64,000 nt of DNA from Torpedo marmorata (lineage: Eukaryota), in NCBI GenBank assembly GCA_977017645.1, contig OZ360240.1, positions 44,454,001-44,518,000 of the forward strand. Direction: 5' to 3'. Positions 48,341 through 61,432 of this stretch are shown piece by piece. Made by a program: the position numbers and the translations under genes. A model generated the notes under the pieces. The model had not been told where the DNA came from. It did no database searches and saw only the letters and a program-made list of their open reading frames with translations. Numbering within the stretch: position 1 is the stretch's first letter; every line of letters begins with the position of its first letter.

Positions 48341-50040
48341 AAAGAACTGGCAGATAGAAGTTATAATTTATGAACTTGCAATCAATCGTCAGAAACCAGT
48401 TGATCTCCACTTGTGTGCTTTTCTGGATGAATACTAAGTTGGGCAGCACACACTGGAAATACTGTGGACGTGGTATACATTCATCTTGCATGAATTGTGT
48501 TTATTAAATGTCTGTGATGGCTACTCAATTCAGGGAATGCAATTGGGAGAATAAAAGGTTGGACACAATTGGAACGATAAAAGCAGCTTCACAGCCCCCT
48601 GCATTAGAATTAGATCTATAAGACAGTGTTCTTTCTTCATGATTTATTGATTGAACTTTATATTGGCATCTCTTAGTGAATAATTGAAATTGAGCGTAAC
48701 CCACAGTGCCAAACAGAAGTAAAAATTTAATCTCTGCTCTTCTTGATGATATTGATGCATGTGCCGATGACTGTGATAGTAAAAGCATTCATAATTGGAA
48801 CTGGGGGCTGCCCTCGATGTGGAACTTTGAATGAGTTAGTTGCAGGTGCCAGGCAGTAGGTTAAAGAGCAGGGAAAGCAGTGTACATATGGAGAATAATA
48901 GCATGGGAATAGAATGTTGATGCCAGTTTTATAGCAAACTGCTGTAATTCAAGTTACAAAGAAAGTTGTATACGAGAGAATATGAAACTTGTTTTATTAG
49001 TGTGGGAGCAGTGACAGAAAAGAGGTTCATGACAATTACTTTAGCAGATGTTAACAGTACAGGGTTTGTTATTTAAAATTTGTTTCCAACTAGGTGAAAA
49101 GGGAAAGAATGGTGCTAAACACTGCCTAATCACAAATGCAATGTAACATTTTTGTAAACGTTTCAAGATATGTATTTCAAAATATTTTTTGTTTTAACAA
49201 TGACTTTCTTTGTAAGATTAGCCAGTTTTCAAAATAGATGGGCCTAAAAATTCCATTGTGTTTCAAGACATGGACTAAAATGGTGGTATGTGTGTGTTCC
49301 TCCACAGAATTAACCTTGTAAGGCACCAGATACATGATGAACCTGTTTGGAAACACAACTTGACGGCCAGTGTATATACGCAAAGCTTAATTGCAGACTA
49401 TTTTCATAGCTCGGTAACTTAATTCTGACTGCAAAATATCATTCGATTTAAATGTTATCTGTTTTCTTTTCTTCAAATCTCCCTCTCTCTCTACATTGTT
49501 CTTTTTCTACATATAATTTATTGCACTGTTGTAATTTTACAAATTAAAAAAGATGAGATAAGATTTGGAACTATTCCAGTTTTTAAAATGAGTCTTAGTT
49601 CTGCAAATATATGAAACCCTAATTCATATTGCATTTCTACTTCAGAAGAGGTTACTTACTGTATGGACTGTACTAAATGAATTAAAGTAATTTCATGCCT
49701 GTTAAAGTGCAAGTAATTTAGTCCAACATTGTCCTTGAACAATTGATAAAAGGTGATATACTTTGATTTTCTCCAACGATTGTTTTAGGTAGCTCCAGAG
49801 CAGGTCAGAGACACCAGTAAACCTTTTCATGCATGTGGTTAACCCATGAACTGAATGACTGTATTTTTGTTCATTAAAAAAATAAATAAATAATTTAGAG
49901 GTACAGCATGGTAACAGGCCCTTCCAGTGCATGAAGCTGCTTCTTTCACAAAATATGGTTGGCAGTGATAAGGCAATATTTCTTATCTCTTTTGCCATTT
50001 CACAGGTGCAAGAGAGCTGCCTTCAACATTTAAAAGATTT

Positions 50041-50240
50041 AACACCCTGTTATCTGGAATTCAAGCAACTGGCAACCTCAAGCAACCAGCAAAGAAATCA
50101 TGGAAAATAAATAGGTAAAAAAATACAGAAGTTTAAAATTGATGTGCCTCGCCATTAGTTCGCCAATCACGCAACACGCAATTTCAAGCAACCAGAAAAT
50201 TCACCTATCTGGCATCTACCAATACCCATAGGTGCCGGAT
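50041..50240. mobile_element. Partial pogo-type MITE (family of 20324-21024) running into an N run
   Basis: Reverse-complement match to both ends of the 20324 element. Confidence 0.65.
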
Positions 50241-50785
50241 NNNNNNNNNNNNNNNNNNNNNNNNNNNNNNNNNNNNNNNNNNNNNNNNNNNNNNNNNNNN
50301 NNNNNNNNNNNNNNNNNNNNNNNNNNNNNNNNNNNNNNNNNNNNNNNNNNNNNNNNNNNNNNNNNNNNNNNNNNNNNNNNNNNNNNNNNNNNNNNNNNNN
50401 NNNNNNNNNNNNNNNNNNNNNNNNNNNNNNNNNNNNNNNNNNNNNNNNNNNNTTAAGTTAAGCAGATGCAACTGCATGACTTCGCTAGTGCCTAACACTT
50501 GGCCCCTCTCGCTCTCCCTACAGCTGTACATTTTTTCTCTGGACCCTTGGCTCCAAATCAACTCTAAGCTTTGCCACCACATATGTCTCACAATGTGCAA
50601 CACTGTTAGAGCAGCAACTAGGCCTCAGGAGGCAGATTCTGAGACCCAGTCTCCTAATCATCCTAATGGTTTTTGGACAGCTAGCTTTTAAATGTCTCTG
50701 GTGATCATTAAATGAAAATTATTTCAAAAGGATTAAACTAAATAAAGCAAAATTATAAAACAAATTTATCTAAAATAACTTTACA

Positions 50786-51612
50786 AGATTCAAGATTCCT
50801 TTAATGTCATGTAATAGTACAGAACATGCAATATTATATTGCACGGTGCCCCTTACAGTAAGAGAGAAAGAGAAGCAAAAGAGAGTCCCTTCAGAGTCAC
50901 TGAGTGTCTGTGGATTCACCTCCAGCGCCCCTGCAGCCTCTGTAGCTGCACAGACGCCGGTTTGATTCATTGACAACCCGGGCGTCAGGTCCAAACCTCC
51001 GACACGATCAGGAAGCTTTCAGCGCCCGAGACCCTTTGGGAGCCCTTCTTGCCATCAGCACCCTCTCGCATCCTGGCTCTGTTACCTGGTTCCCATGAGC
51101 CAGTCTCCAGCAGCCTGCAGCCCGTGCAGGTCCCCCGACCGCAAGTCGCCCATAACCTGTGTGGGTCCTTCAGCCACTGAGTCCATCGCTGGTCTGCTGC
51201 CGTAGTCACTGTCCTGTAGGGCCCTTCAGCCGCTGAGCTCCTCGCTGGTTTGCCGCATTGGTCACCGATCTGTCGGGTTGTCTCCTCTGCTTCTTCTTCT
51301 CAACGGGGGGTGTTCTTCCCTTTTCTGATGCCCTGTGCAGGTCCACTGCTCCCTGGAGTCTGCAACCCCTCGTGGCTGCTGCTGAGCACAGGCGCCACCA
51401 TCTTGGGTACAGACCTCTGTGGTTGCAGGATTTTACTTAAAGTCAGTCGGCTCCTTTAACAGGCTGTTTACAGCCTGTACGGAGCCGGTGGCATTATGAC
51501 CGGGCAGGTGAACCCTTTGGAGCAGCACTGTGTCTCCCCTCTCTGCTCTCCCGGGTCTGCACCAGTGGCAGCGCTGCATTTACAGCTGCCCAGACAGCAC
51601 CACCATTTTTAC
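50786..51612 (-). mobile_element. Non-coding retroposon with GC-rich body and Rex1-like tail
   Basis: Minus strand begins aaaatggtggtgc and ends gacattaaaggaatcttgaatcttg; no coding capacity seen. Confidence 0.5.
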
Positions 51613-51814
51613 TGATATCAATTATTATCAGTTACATTGAAGTAAATAAAATCAACTCACCACTTACCTGCAATAGGTTTTCAACCCAGATTGCTGACCC
51701 TATTCAAATGAATGGAGATTAGAATTCCATATTCTCCTTTCAACAGCGAAAGAGGTACTTCAGTTCATTGAGATTATGCTAGCTCTCATTGTAACACCAC
51801 TTACATTCCTGAAC

Positions 51815-52076
51815 TTTTTTTTTAAATTTAAATTTAATTTTAAATTTTTTTTTAGATATACAGCACGGTAACAGGCCATTTCCGCCCACGAGTCCGTGCC
51901 ACCCAATTTACACCCAATTAACTTACATCCCTGCTACATTTCGAACGGAGCCCCCAGGGAAAACCCACGCAGACACGGGGAGTACGTACAAACTCCTTAC
52001 AGACAACGCGGGATTCGAACCCTGGTCCCGATCGCTGGCGCTGTAAAGGCATTGCGCTAACCGCTACGCTAACCGT
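51815..52076 (-). mobile_element. V-SINE
   Basis: Same family, with an internal deletion. Confidence 0.85.
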
Positions 52077-52844
52077 TTTATTCTCTTTTATATGTTCGTC
52101 AATTCCAAATTCTCCGACCATCTATTTTCCTTCCAGAAAATTTACAGTAGCCAATCAACCGACCAAAGGGGAAATCTTTGGGATGTGGGAGGAAGGTTCC
52201 TGGGACTGAGAGGCAACGACAGTAACTGCTGTGCATGGTGTAAAGCAGAGGAATGTGAAGGGCACCTGCCCCTTCAGATCAGCACAACCAAGCTTCAGCC
52301 TGATCCCGCTGTGGAGTAGAACATCAGATGCCTCGGCACATTCCTGATTTTTATGTTGAAATGTCAGAGTGTAGATGTCAGACGCACACTGCCCCATGAA
52401 GAACACTTTGCCAGTGTTTTTTTAAACCAAACCTCTGGCAAAAGATAAGGACATTTCAACCCACACATTCTTTGCAGGTTGGTTAGTGAAATGGTCCCTT
52501 CATAATTCATATTTCCAAAAGTGAATCAATTTCAGGGTGTAATATAGAAATCTTTACTCTTCTCATAATTTAGACATTGTATTGAAAGACAAGAAATACA
52601 TAATTTAAATGGATCTTTTCAAATTTGCTTCCTTGATTAAATATTTATTAAGTTGTTCTTAATATATTTAAGTGGAATTTTTGGCCAAATTGTTTAAACA
52701 GGGGATTTTTATTCAATATACAGCCTTCAAAATTGATTCTTAGTTCTTCTTGGAATTATTGTCTGTTGCTATGAACAATTCATTTTGAATGCAGAGTTTA
52801 CAAAATACTCAGGAAATCTCTTGAAATTTGTAATTTTTTCACTT

Positions 52845-54700
52845 GTTCAAAGTTCAAATTTATTGTTAGAGTACATACATGACATCACAAACAAATCTGA
52901 GGTTCTTTTTTCCTGTGGGCCAGACAGAATTTCTACTTATTGGTAACTGTAAACTGTACTCAGATAAAAAGTACAAATACAAAAGTGAGAAATGTAAACA
53001 AACTCACAGTGCAATACAGAAAAAAAGTAATATTTAATAATAAATAATGTGCAAAGTAAGAGTCTTTAAATGAGCCTCTGATTGAGTCTGTTGTTTAGGA
53101 GTCTGATGGTGAAGGGGTAGCAACTGTTCCTGAACCTGGTGGTATGAGACTTGTGGCACCTATACATCATTCCTGATGGAAGCAGCGGGAACAGAGAATG
53201 TCATGGGTGGTGCAGATCCTTGATGATTGCTGCTGCTCTTCAACGGCATCGTTCCTTGTAGATTATTCCGATGGTGGGGAGAGTTTTGCCTGTGATGTAA
53301 TGGGCTGTGTCCACTACCTTTTGCAGGACTGTGTGTTGAGAGGCATTGGTGTCCCCATACGGCCATGACGCAGCTGGTCAGCACACTTTCCACTACACAA
53401 CTGTTGAAGTTTGCCATGGTTTTTGATGTCATACTGAATGTACGCAAACTCCTGAGGAAGTAGAAGCACGAACATGCTTTCTTCACAATGACATTAGTAT
53501 GTTAGGTCCAGGAAAGGTCCTCTGAGATAGTGACTCCCAGGAATTTAAATTTGCTCACCCTCTCCACCTCTGATCCTCCAATGATCACTAGATCGTACAC
53601 TTCTGGTTTTCTCTTCCTAAAGTCTGCAATCAGCTCTTTGGTTTTGGTGACATTGAGTGAGGGATTGTTGTTGGTACACCATTGAGCCAAGTTTTCCATC
53701 TCCCTCCTGAATGCTGACACATTGCCCCACTTTATACAGCCCACCACTGTAGTATCGTCAGCAGATTTGTAAATGGTGTTGTCGTACCGGGCCACACAAT
53801 CATAGGTGTAAAGCGAGTCGAGCAGGGGGTTAAGTACGCAGCCTTGTGATGCTCCGGTGCTGATGGAGATTGTAGAGGAGATGTTCTTGCAAATCTGCAC
53901 TGATTGGGGTCTGAAAGTGAGAAAATCCAGGATCCAATTACACAGTGGGGTGTTGAGTCCCAGGTCTTGGGGTTTGCTGATTAGTTTTGAGGGGATGATG
54001 GTGTGAATGTTGAACTGCAGTCAATAAAAAGCATCCTGATGTATGCATCTTTTCTCTCTAGATATTCCAGGGTTTTGTGTAGAGCCAGTGAAATGGCATC
54101 TCCTGTAGACTTGTTGCTGCGGTAGGCAAATTGGAATGGATCCATGTCGTTGTTCAGACAGGAGCTGATATGCTTCAACACCAGCCTTTTAAAACACTTC
54201 ATCACTGTTGATGTGAGTGCCACTGTTTGGCAGGTTACCACACTCTTCTTGGGTACCGGTACGATTGAGGCTTGTTTGAAACAGATGGGTACCATGGTAT
54301 GTCGGAGTGAGATGTTGAGGAAATTCCTGAATGAATTGGCCAGTTGGTCAGCACAGGTTTTCAGTACTTGGCTGAGTATTCCATCTTGTCCAGATGTTTT
54401 CCTTGGATTCACTCGCCTGAAGGCAGCTCGCACGTCGTCTTTGGATACTGACAGTAGAGGGGACATGGGGATGCGCAGTGGTTCTTCCTTGTTTTAGTGG
54501 TCAAATCGGGCGTAGAACGCATTGAGTTCATCTGGGAGTGAAGCTTTGCTATCTCCTACTGCACCGGATTTTGTTTTGTAACAGGTTATGTCATTTAGGC
54601 CCTGCCACAGCTGTCAGGTATCCTTTGTTGTTTCCATTCTTGTCCAGAATCTCCACTTGATCGCGGGAGATGGCTTTCTGTAGCCCATACCTGTTCCTTC
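52845..54700 (-). mobile_element. Rex1/Babar-type LINE, decayed RT
   Basis: [63 protein letters not shown]. Confidence 0.9.
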
Positions 54701-55371
54701 TGTAGTGTATGTCACCTGCAATAAAAAATACCTTTAATACTATATCCCCCATTTACTCTATATAAAAAAAAAAAAAAAAAAACAGGACAGCATTCTCAAG
54801 TTCATGCTGAATTTTGAGCACAGACTGAAAATGTGGTTACCTTGGCTGCTCTTATAATAGTTTCCATCTGTGGAGTTCATGTTCTCAGTAACCTTTAATG
54901 GTGTAAAAGACTGAAAGAGAGTATGAATAGTTAAACCTCATAACATCGTTAAAGCCAATCCAGCTTACAGTTATAACAGTTCTAGATGTCAGAGATACAG
55001 TTACAGTGTCTGTAGCCTGTGTGTTTAAATCAGTGTAAAAATACTGCCTTCTAATGAATCCCAATCTACATTTCTTTCTAGGACTGAAAGCCCCAATATG
55101 GAAGTGGAAGAATACGCTATTGCCATTAGTTACAGTACATAAAACAAAAGAAAAGAAAGATGTGTATTCATATAGAACCCAAGGCACTTTATAATACTTC
55201 TCTGATTCAGAATACATGGCAGCATGTTTGCATGCAACAAGGCCCCATAAATAGCAATATGGTAATACCAGATGAATTTTGTGATATTGTCCTGGACCCT
55301 AGAAGGATTCGCAGCTCTTTCACCAATCCACCTGAGAGGTGATATCGAAACCTTTTGTCGTGGAACTCAAA

Positions 55372-57921
55372 AAGTACGTTTCCCCGTATCCGAAAAGCTT
55401 GGGACCGGACGGTTTTCGGTTATTGGGTTTTTTCAGTTAACGGAACATTGACTTTAAGCAGCTCAGTAGCATTAGCAGAATACTTGTATCAGCGGTTAAA
55501 CATCAACATAAAACAACAGCAGGCTTTTCGAGAATGAAATAATGTTTAATACGTACCAAAAAAACAACTTGATCTCTGCTTACAAAAAATATATAAATGC
55601 GGCACCAAACACTAGAAATTCTCCTCGACGGCTTTTTCAAATGTTTCCTCCAGTGTCATCTGCCTCATTAACAATGGTTTTTATCTTAGAAGTCTCTCTT
55701 TGATTTTATAAACTGACATGATTACTTGTTCTATTATGAATGCACGCTGCTCTAGTCCTTCAATAAGTCCATCACACATTTTCACCATGTCGTCTATAGG
55801 CACTTTTTCTGCAGTGTTAACTAAGTCATCTTCATCGCCNNNNNNNNNNNNNNNNNNNNNNNNNNNNNNNNNNNNNNNNNNNNNNNNNNNNNNNNNNNNN
55901 NNNNNNNNNNNNNNNNNNNNNNNNNNNNNNNNNNNNNNNNNNNNNNNNNNNNNNNNNNNNNNNNNNNNNNNNNNNNNNNNATATGTAAGGAGGTCACACA
56001 ACATTTTTTTCTCAACTGACACACGGAATCCTTCAAAATCACCATCTTGTTCTTCATCATCAATGAACATAGTTGCAGGTCAGAGATTGTGCCAGGCATG
56101 TACAACTGTGACTTTAGTCACTGTGTTCCAAGCGTTGGCAGCAGCATAAATGGCATCCTTTATGGTAAACTCCTTTTGGAAACCCGCCACACCCAAGCCT
56201 CTCTTCACTGCGGACAGCATGTTGTTCAAGAAAGTGTTTTTATATTCACTCTTCATTGATCTAAGTATACCTTGCTCTAGCGGTTGCTAAGAAATGCATT
56301 GCTATTACTTGGAAGTCTGATGTAGATTTGGGTTTAGAAAGATGGCATGCAGAACTTCGTTCTTGTATACCACTTGAAAAAATTACTTATAATTTACGTA
56401 ATAAATATCATTTCTTTTTGAAAACATGGAGCCCATACATAAAAGCGGTTAGTTTTAAAATTTGAAGATCTCCAGAGATCAGATCAGACTGGTGAACCTA
56501 TTTTCCACAAAAGATTTGGCTGATAGTTGTTTTGTTTTTTTAGACACTCTCCTTATTCTATTTCTTTCTTTTCTTTATATTTAGATTAGTGGGGATGGGA
56601 GGGCTAGGGTGGGGAGGGTGGTTGGGGGGGAGAAAATGTATCACATGTATCTTGATAATTTTATATTTTGCCTTGTGTATTTTGTGATTTAAAATTTTAA
56701 ATAAAATATTTTTTAAAAAAAAATAAATAAGTATACCTTGGTCACATGGTTGAATTAAGGAAGTCACATTTGAGGGAAGGTACATGACATAAACATTATC
56801 TTTGATGAGATTTTCAGCTGGAGGATGAGCAGAACAGTTGTTGAGGAATAAAAAAATCTTGCAGTTGTCATCCAGTCCAGCTTCCCTGCAGTGAGCATGA
56901 CCCTCTGGCACAAAATGTTTGTTAAACCAATCTGAAACGATATCCCTGGTGACCCNNNNNNNNNNNNNNNNNNNNNNNNNNNNNNNNNNNNNNNNNNNNN
57001 NNNNNNNNNNNNNNNNNNNNNNNNNNNNNNNNNNNNNNNNNNNNNNNNNNNNNNNNNNNNNNNNNNNNNNNNNNNNNNNNNNNNNNNNNNNNNNNNNNNN
57101 NNNNNNNNNNNNNNNNNNNNNNNNNNNNNNNNNNNNNNNNNNNNNNNNNNNGCAATAACGCCAAAACAGTGATGTTTCATCAGCATTATAGACTTGTTCT
57201 GGCATCAGATTTTCATCTTGGCAAACTCGTCAATGAATNNNNNNNNNNNNNNNNNNNNNNNNNNNNNNNNNNNNNNNNNNNNNNNNNNNNNNNNNNNNNN
57301 NNNNNNNNNNNNNNNNNNNNNNNNNNNNNNNNNNNNNNNNNNNNNNNNNNNNNNNNNNNNNNNNNNNNNNNNNNNNNGCTTTGCTTGTTTCATGATCAGC
57401 AAACCATTAAGTGGCATGTGTTCACTGCGACACTGATGGATCCACTCCATCAACACACGATCGAGATCTTCACTTTTACCTTTATGCAGTGTTTTTCTAT
57501 CTTTCATTAACTTCTGTTCATCACTTTCAGAATAGAACTTCAACAGTTTATCCTTCTGTTTCTCCAGGTCATAGACTGGTCGTTCCAACACCATACTCTT
57601 CTGTGAGACATCTCATACTTACACCACTGTCCAGTTTCGCCAACAGCTTGTCTTTCTGCTCTATAGACAAACATAAACGCTTCCTCCTTTTCTTTTCACT
57701 GACATCCATAGTGCTATCTGCAGGCCTTTTTGCCATTTGCAACTATATCTTTGTACAGTACACGAGAGCTCCGTTGTTATCAAAATGTCACCCACAGAGT
57801 GTCAGAGCCCCACATGGGCAAGTCGGGTGATAAATGTTTTTCAACGTGGCGTCATGTCGGCGCCGCAAAAAAGTTCGGATCATTTCGGTTTTCAGAACTT
57901 CGGATAAGGGGAAACGTACTG
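55372..57921 (-). mobile_element. Tigger/pogo DNA transposon with decayed Jerky-like (Tigger4-like) transposase
   Basis: TIRs agtacgtttcccc(g/t)tatccgaa; from ATG ~57736 MAKRPADS...CENP-B-type HTH, YNADETSLFW, NNCSAHP, SLIQPCDQGI; partly N-masked. Confidence 0.88.
56275..56727 (+). mobile_element. Short 3' L1 fragment inserted in the Tigger transposase
   Basis: KKCIAITWKSD...CIPLEKITY end, 3' UTR, A tail; 13-bp TSD taagtataccttg (56262-56274, 56728-56740). Confidence 0.92.
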
Positions 57922-57999
57922 TACTTGGTGGCTCTCTCACAATACTCTTCAATGTGATTGGCTGCTCAGCCAAGTTAATGGTCACAATTGCTGTTTTGA

Positions 58000-59908
58000 A
58001 GTAAAACACGAAAGTCTGCAGACACCGTGGTTGAAGAAAAAACACAATGCTAGAGAAACTCAGCAGGTCAAACAGTGTACTTTATGTAGCAAAGTTAAAG
58101 ATACATAACCGATGTTTTGGGCTTGAGCCCTTCATCAAGTATGGAAAAATGTCGGCAGGCATCCGAACAAAGGGGTAGGGGGAGGAGCATGGTCCCAAAG
58201 GCAGGAGGTAATGGGTGGAGAAGGGAAGGAGGGCACAGCAGGAGGAGGAGGGATGGCTAGGTGAATAGAGAGGGAAGGGGGTGGAGAGCTGAGGAAAGTG
58301 TTGCTTCACTTGAAAGGCCTGTTTGGGGCCCTGGACTGTGGTTAGGTAGGAGGTGTGGGCGCAAGTGTGACACCTCCTGCGGCCACAGGGGAAGGTACCG
58401 GGGGGGCAATTGGTGAAAGTGATGAGTGGACAAGGGAGTCATGGAGGGAGCGGTCCCTATGGAAGGCAGAGAGGGGAGGAGAGGGGAAGATGTTTCTGGT
58501 AGTGGAATGCTGTTGTAAGTGCCAAAAATTCTGAGGATAATGTGTTGTATGAAGAGGCTGGTGGGGTGGTAGGTAAGGACAAGGGGAATCCTGTGTTTGT
58601 TGCGTCTATGGGCAGAGGGGGCCAGGGCAGTTGAGTGAGAAATGTAGGAGATGCAGGTGAGGGCTGAGTTGATGGTGGTGGAGGGGAAGCCACGTTTGTG
58701 GAAGAAGGCAGTCATTTCAGATGATCTGGACTGGAAGACTTCATCTTGGGAACAGATGGGGCGGAGACGGAGAAATTGCAAGAAGGGAATAGAGTCCTTG
58801 CAGGGGAGAGGGTGTGAGAAAGTGTAGTCGAGGTAGTTGTGGGAGTTGGTGGGTTTGTAGAATATGTCCGTGGAAAGCTTGTCTACTGAGATAGAGACAG
58901 AGAGATCCAGAAAGGGGAGAGTGCTGTTGGAGATAGACCAGGTGAGTTTGAGATCAGGGTGGAAGTTGGCAGCAAAGTGATTGAAGTTGACGAGCTAATC
59001 GCAGGTACATGAAGCAGCCCCGATGTAGTCATCAATATAGCGGAAGAAGAGTTGAGGGGCCTTGCCCGTGTAGGCTTGCAGCATGGATTGCTCCACAAAG
59101 CCCACAAACAGGTAGGCGTAGCTGGGACCCATGCTGGTACCCATGGCTACTCCTTTGATTTGAGTCAAAGGAGATGTTATTTAGAGTGAGGACAAGTTCT
59201 GCCAGGTGGAAGAGGGTGGTGGTAAAGGGTAACTGGTTGGGTCTCTTGTCCAGAAAGAAGTGAAGTGCTTTGAGACTTTCTGTATGGGGGATGGAGGTGT
59301 AGAGGGATTGGACATCCATAGTAAAAATGAGACGGTCCAGTTTAGGGAATCTGAAGTCATTGAAGAGATGGAGGGCATGTGAGGTATCGTGGATGTAGGT
59401 GGGGTGGGATTGGACCAGGGAAGAAAAGATAGAGTCAAGGTAAGATGAAACTAGTTCGGTGTGGCAAGAGCAAACGGAAACAATGGGTCTTCTCCAGTGG
59501 TTTTCAAACTTTTTCTTTCCACTCACATACCACCTTAAGTAATCCCTATCCCATAGGTGCTCTGTGATTAGTAAAGGATTACTTAAGGTGGTATGTGAGT
59601 GGGAAAAAAAGGTTGAGAACCACTGCTCTAGACCCAATTGTTATTGAAATATTTTGCTTGAGAAAAATTGTCATTGGCCCATTTCCTTTGGAGTTATGAA
59701 ACCGTGCACATAACGAGTCAATTAGGTACGATTAAAACAGTGGTTTTCAAACTTTTTCTTTCCACTCACATACCACCTTAAGTAATCCCTTACTAATCAC
59801 AGAGCACTTATGGCATAGGGATTGCTTCAGGTGGTATGTGAGTGGAAAGAAAAAGTTTGAAAACCACTGTACCCGGATGGTTGGGTTTGTGAATCTTGGG
59901 TAGAATCC
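58000..59908 (-). mobile_element. Penelope-like element with decayed RT, missing GIY-YIG core, and terminal repeat with decayed hammerhead (58104-58145)
   Basis: LPKIHKP..G / RPIVS, MDVQSLYTSIP, MGPSYA, RYIDD remnants; same terminus as 2429. Confidence 0.88.
59495..59869. mobile_element. Composite of two Charlie-like palindromic MITE units flanking a ~113-bp spacer
   Basis: Units at ~59495-59625 and ~59738-59869, both related to 45329-45491; PLE RT resumes on both outer sides. Confidence 0.8.
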
Positions 59909-59914
59909 AAGAAT

Positions 59915-60440
59915 ATTCACAATGCAGGGCCAAGCTTGTGAGGGCTAATGGCAAGAATGAAGCATTCACAACGATGTTTAGCCGGATGAACAAAGATGAT
60001 GGTTCATCTCAGCTTCTTCCTGAAATCCACACCATACAATTCAACCCCATGCGATCTCACGAAATGGCAGAATGCACTGGATGCAACAAAGATTTTGGGA
60101 CCAGACACTATCCCAGCTGTAGTAATAAATACATGCTCTCCAGAACCAACTGCACTTCTAGCAAAGCTGTTCTAATACTGTTTAAATGATGGCACCTACC
60201 CATACATAGAGGAAAAGCGCAGGACAAATCCAATCCCACTAATTACTCTCCAATCATTCTAACGTTAATCATGGGAACTGCTGACATCCACACTCTCAGG
60301 AAGAACTTACCAATGACCTGTCCACTAGTGTGCAGTTGGATTTCACTTGGTTTTCATCACAGCCTTTGACGAAATATGGATCAAAGAGCTGAATTCAGAA
60401 GGTCAGATCAGTGTGACTGTGCTTGACTGCATCCAAGGTC
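59915..60440 (+). mobile_element. Old CR1-group LINE RT fragment
   Basis: Decayed GPD.IPAVV and NPTNYSPII-like motifs; probably the family at 21520. Confidence 0.45.
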
Positions 60441-61432
60441 ACATTTCTAGGTGTGAGTTCCTTCAGTGCGTCCTGCTGGAATAATAGTTTAACACAGACA
60501 CGCAAGATTCCTTTTGGTACTTTCTCCGCTCGTTAAAAGAGTGCACAGAGGGAGAAAGTCCTTTGAAGATTTTGGCTTTGAATAGAACTGCAGCAGATTT
60601 ATGAATGAAATCTGGAACGTGGTGCACTGTTATTGACTGCATATACTTCTGCAACATTGCCAGTTCAAGACAAGCAACAAGTCAGAATAAATACGGAATA
60701 GTACATTGGCATTTGGGTGATGCTGAATCATTCTGATTATTTTACAAACCAAGCAGCTGTGAGAGACTGAATTTGCATTAAAATGAAATATTAACACATT
60801 CTAGCTGATGTCTGACTTGAGGGTTGAATGTTTGGAACTTAAACCAGGAATAAGTATAGACATCATTCCAGCAAACAGAATAATGAGCCAGACCGAGCTC
60901 ACCTCTAGTGGGTGGTTCAGCAGAGAACAGCCGGCATTTTCCTCCTCATGTCCAGCTATCTCTGACTTGTATGCTTGCCCATAGGTCAGAGATGAGCTGG
61001 AGGTCAGAGATCAGTTCCTCTGACCTCTCACGGACTCAATGTTGTTAGGGTAATTGGGGTGACCCCTCCAGGGAGTTCAGAATAAACATCTTTATCCAAA
61101 TATTTAAGATCGTGGAGCTCACTTTCACAGAGATCGGTTGAGATAATTAGTGTAGTAGTGGCTGAGCAAGCATAGAGGAAAAGGAAACTAAAGTTTACGA
61201 TGAAAGATTTAGAGATGGAAAGATGAGAGAGGTTAAATTGGAGCACCAACACCGATGAGGACTGGTTTGCCAAATGGCTTATTTTGTGTTGTTTATTGCA
61301 ATAATTTGAATGGGTTCCTGACCAGGGCCAAAGGTAAACACAAAGTTTTACTTAACTCTTAGATTTCAAGATATTTTGATTGTTTACTGCAAGTACATTG
61401 TGTTTGTTTCAACATTTTCAAATGTCTAATTA

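Noticed and set aside
54715-54783. aataaa plus poly(A) as a processed pseudogene end
   Set aside because: No TSD or coding remnant found.
3670-61190. Isolated exon-like segments (3692 onward +, 12121-12185 +, 19199-19264 -, 51668-51700 -, 61032-61162 -)
   Set aside because: Plausible splice signals, but on mixed strands with no recognisable peptide or consistent gene model; RNA-seq would be needed.
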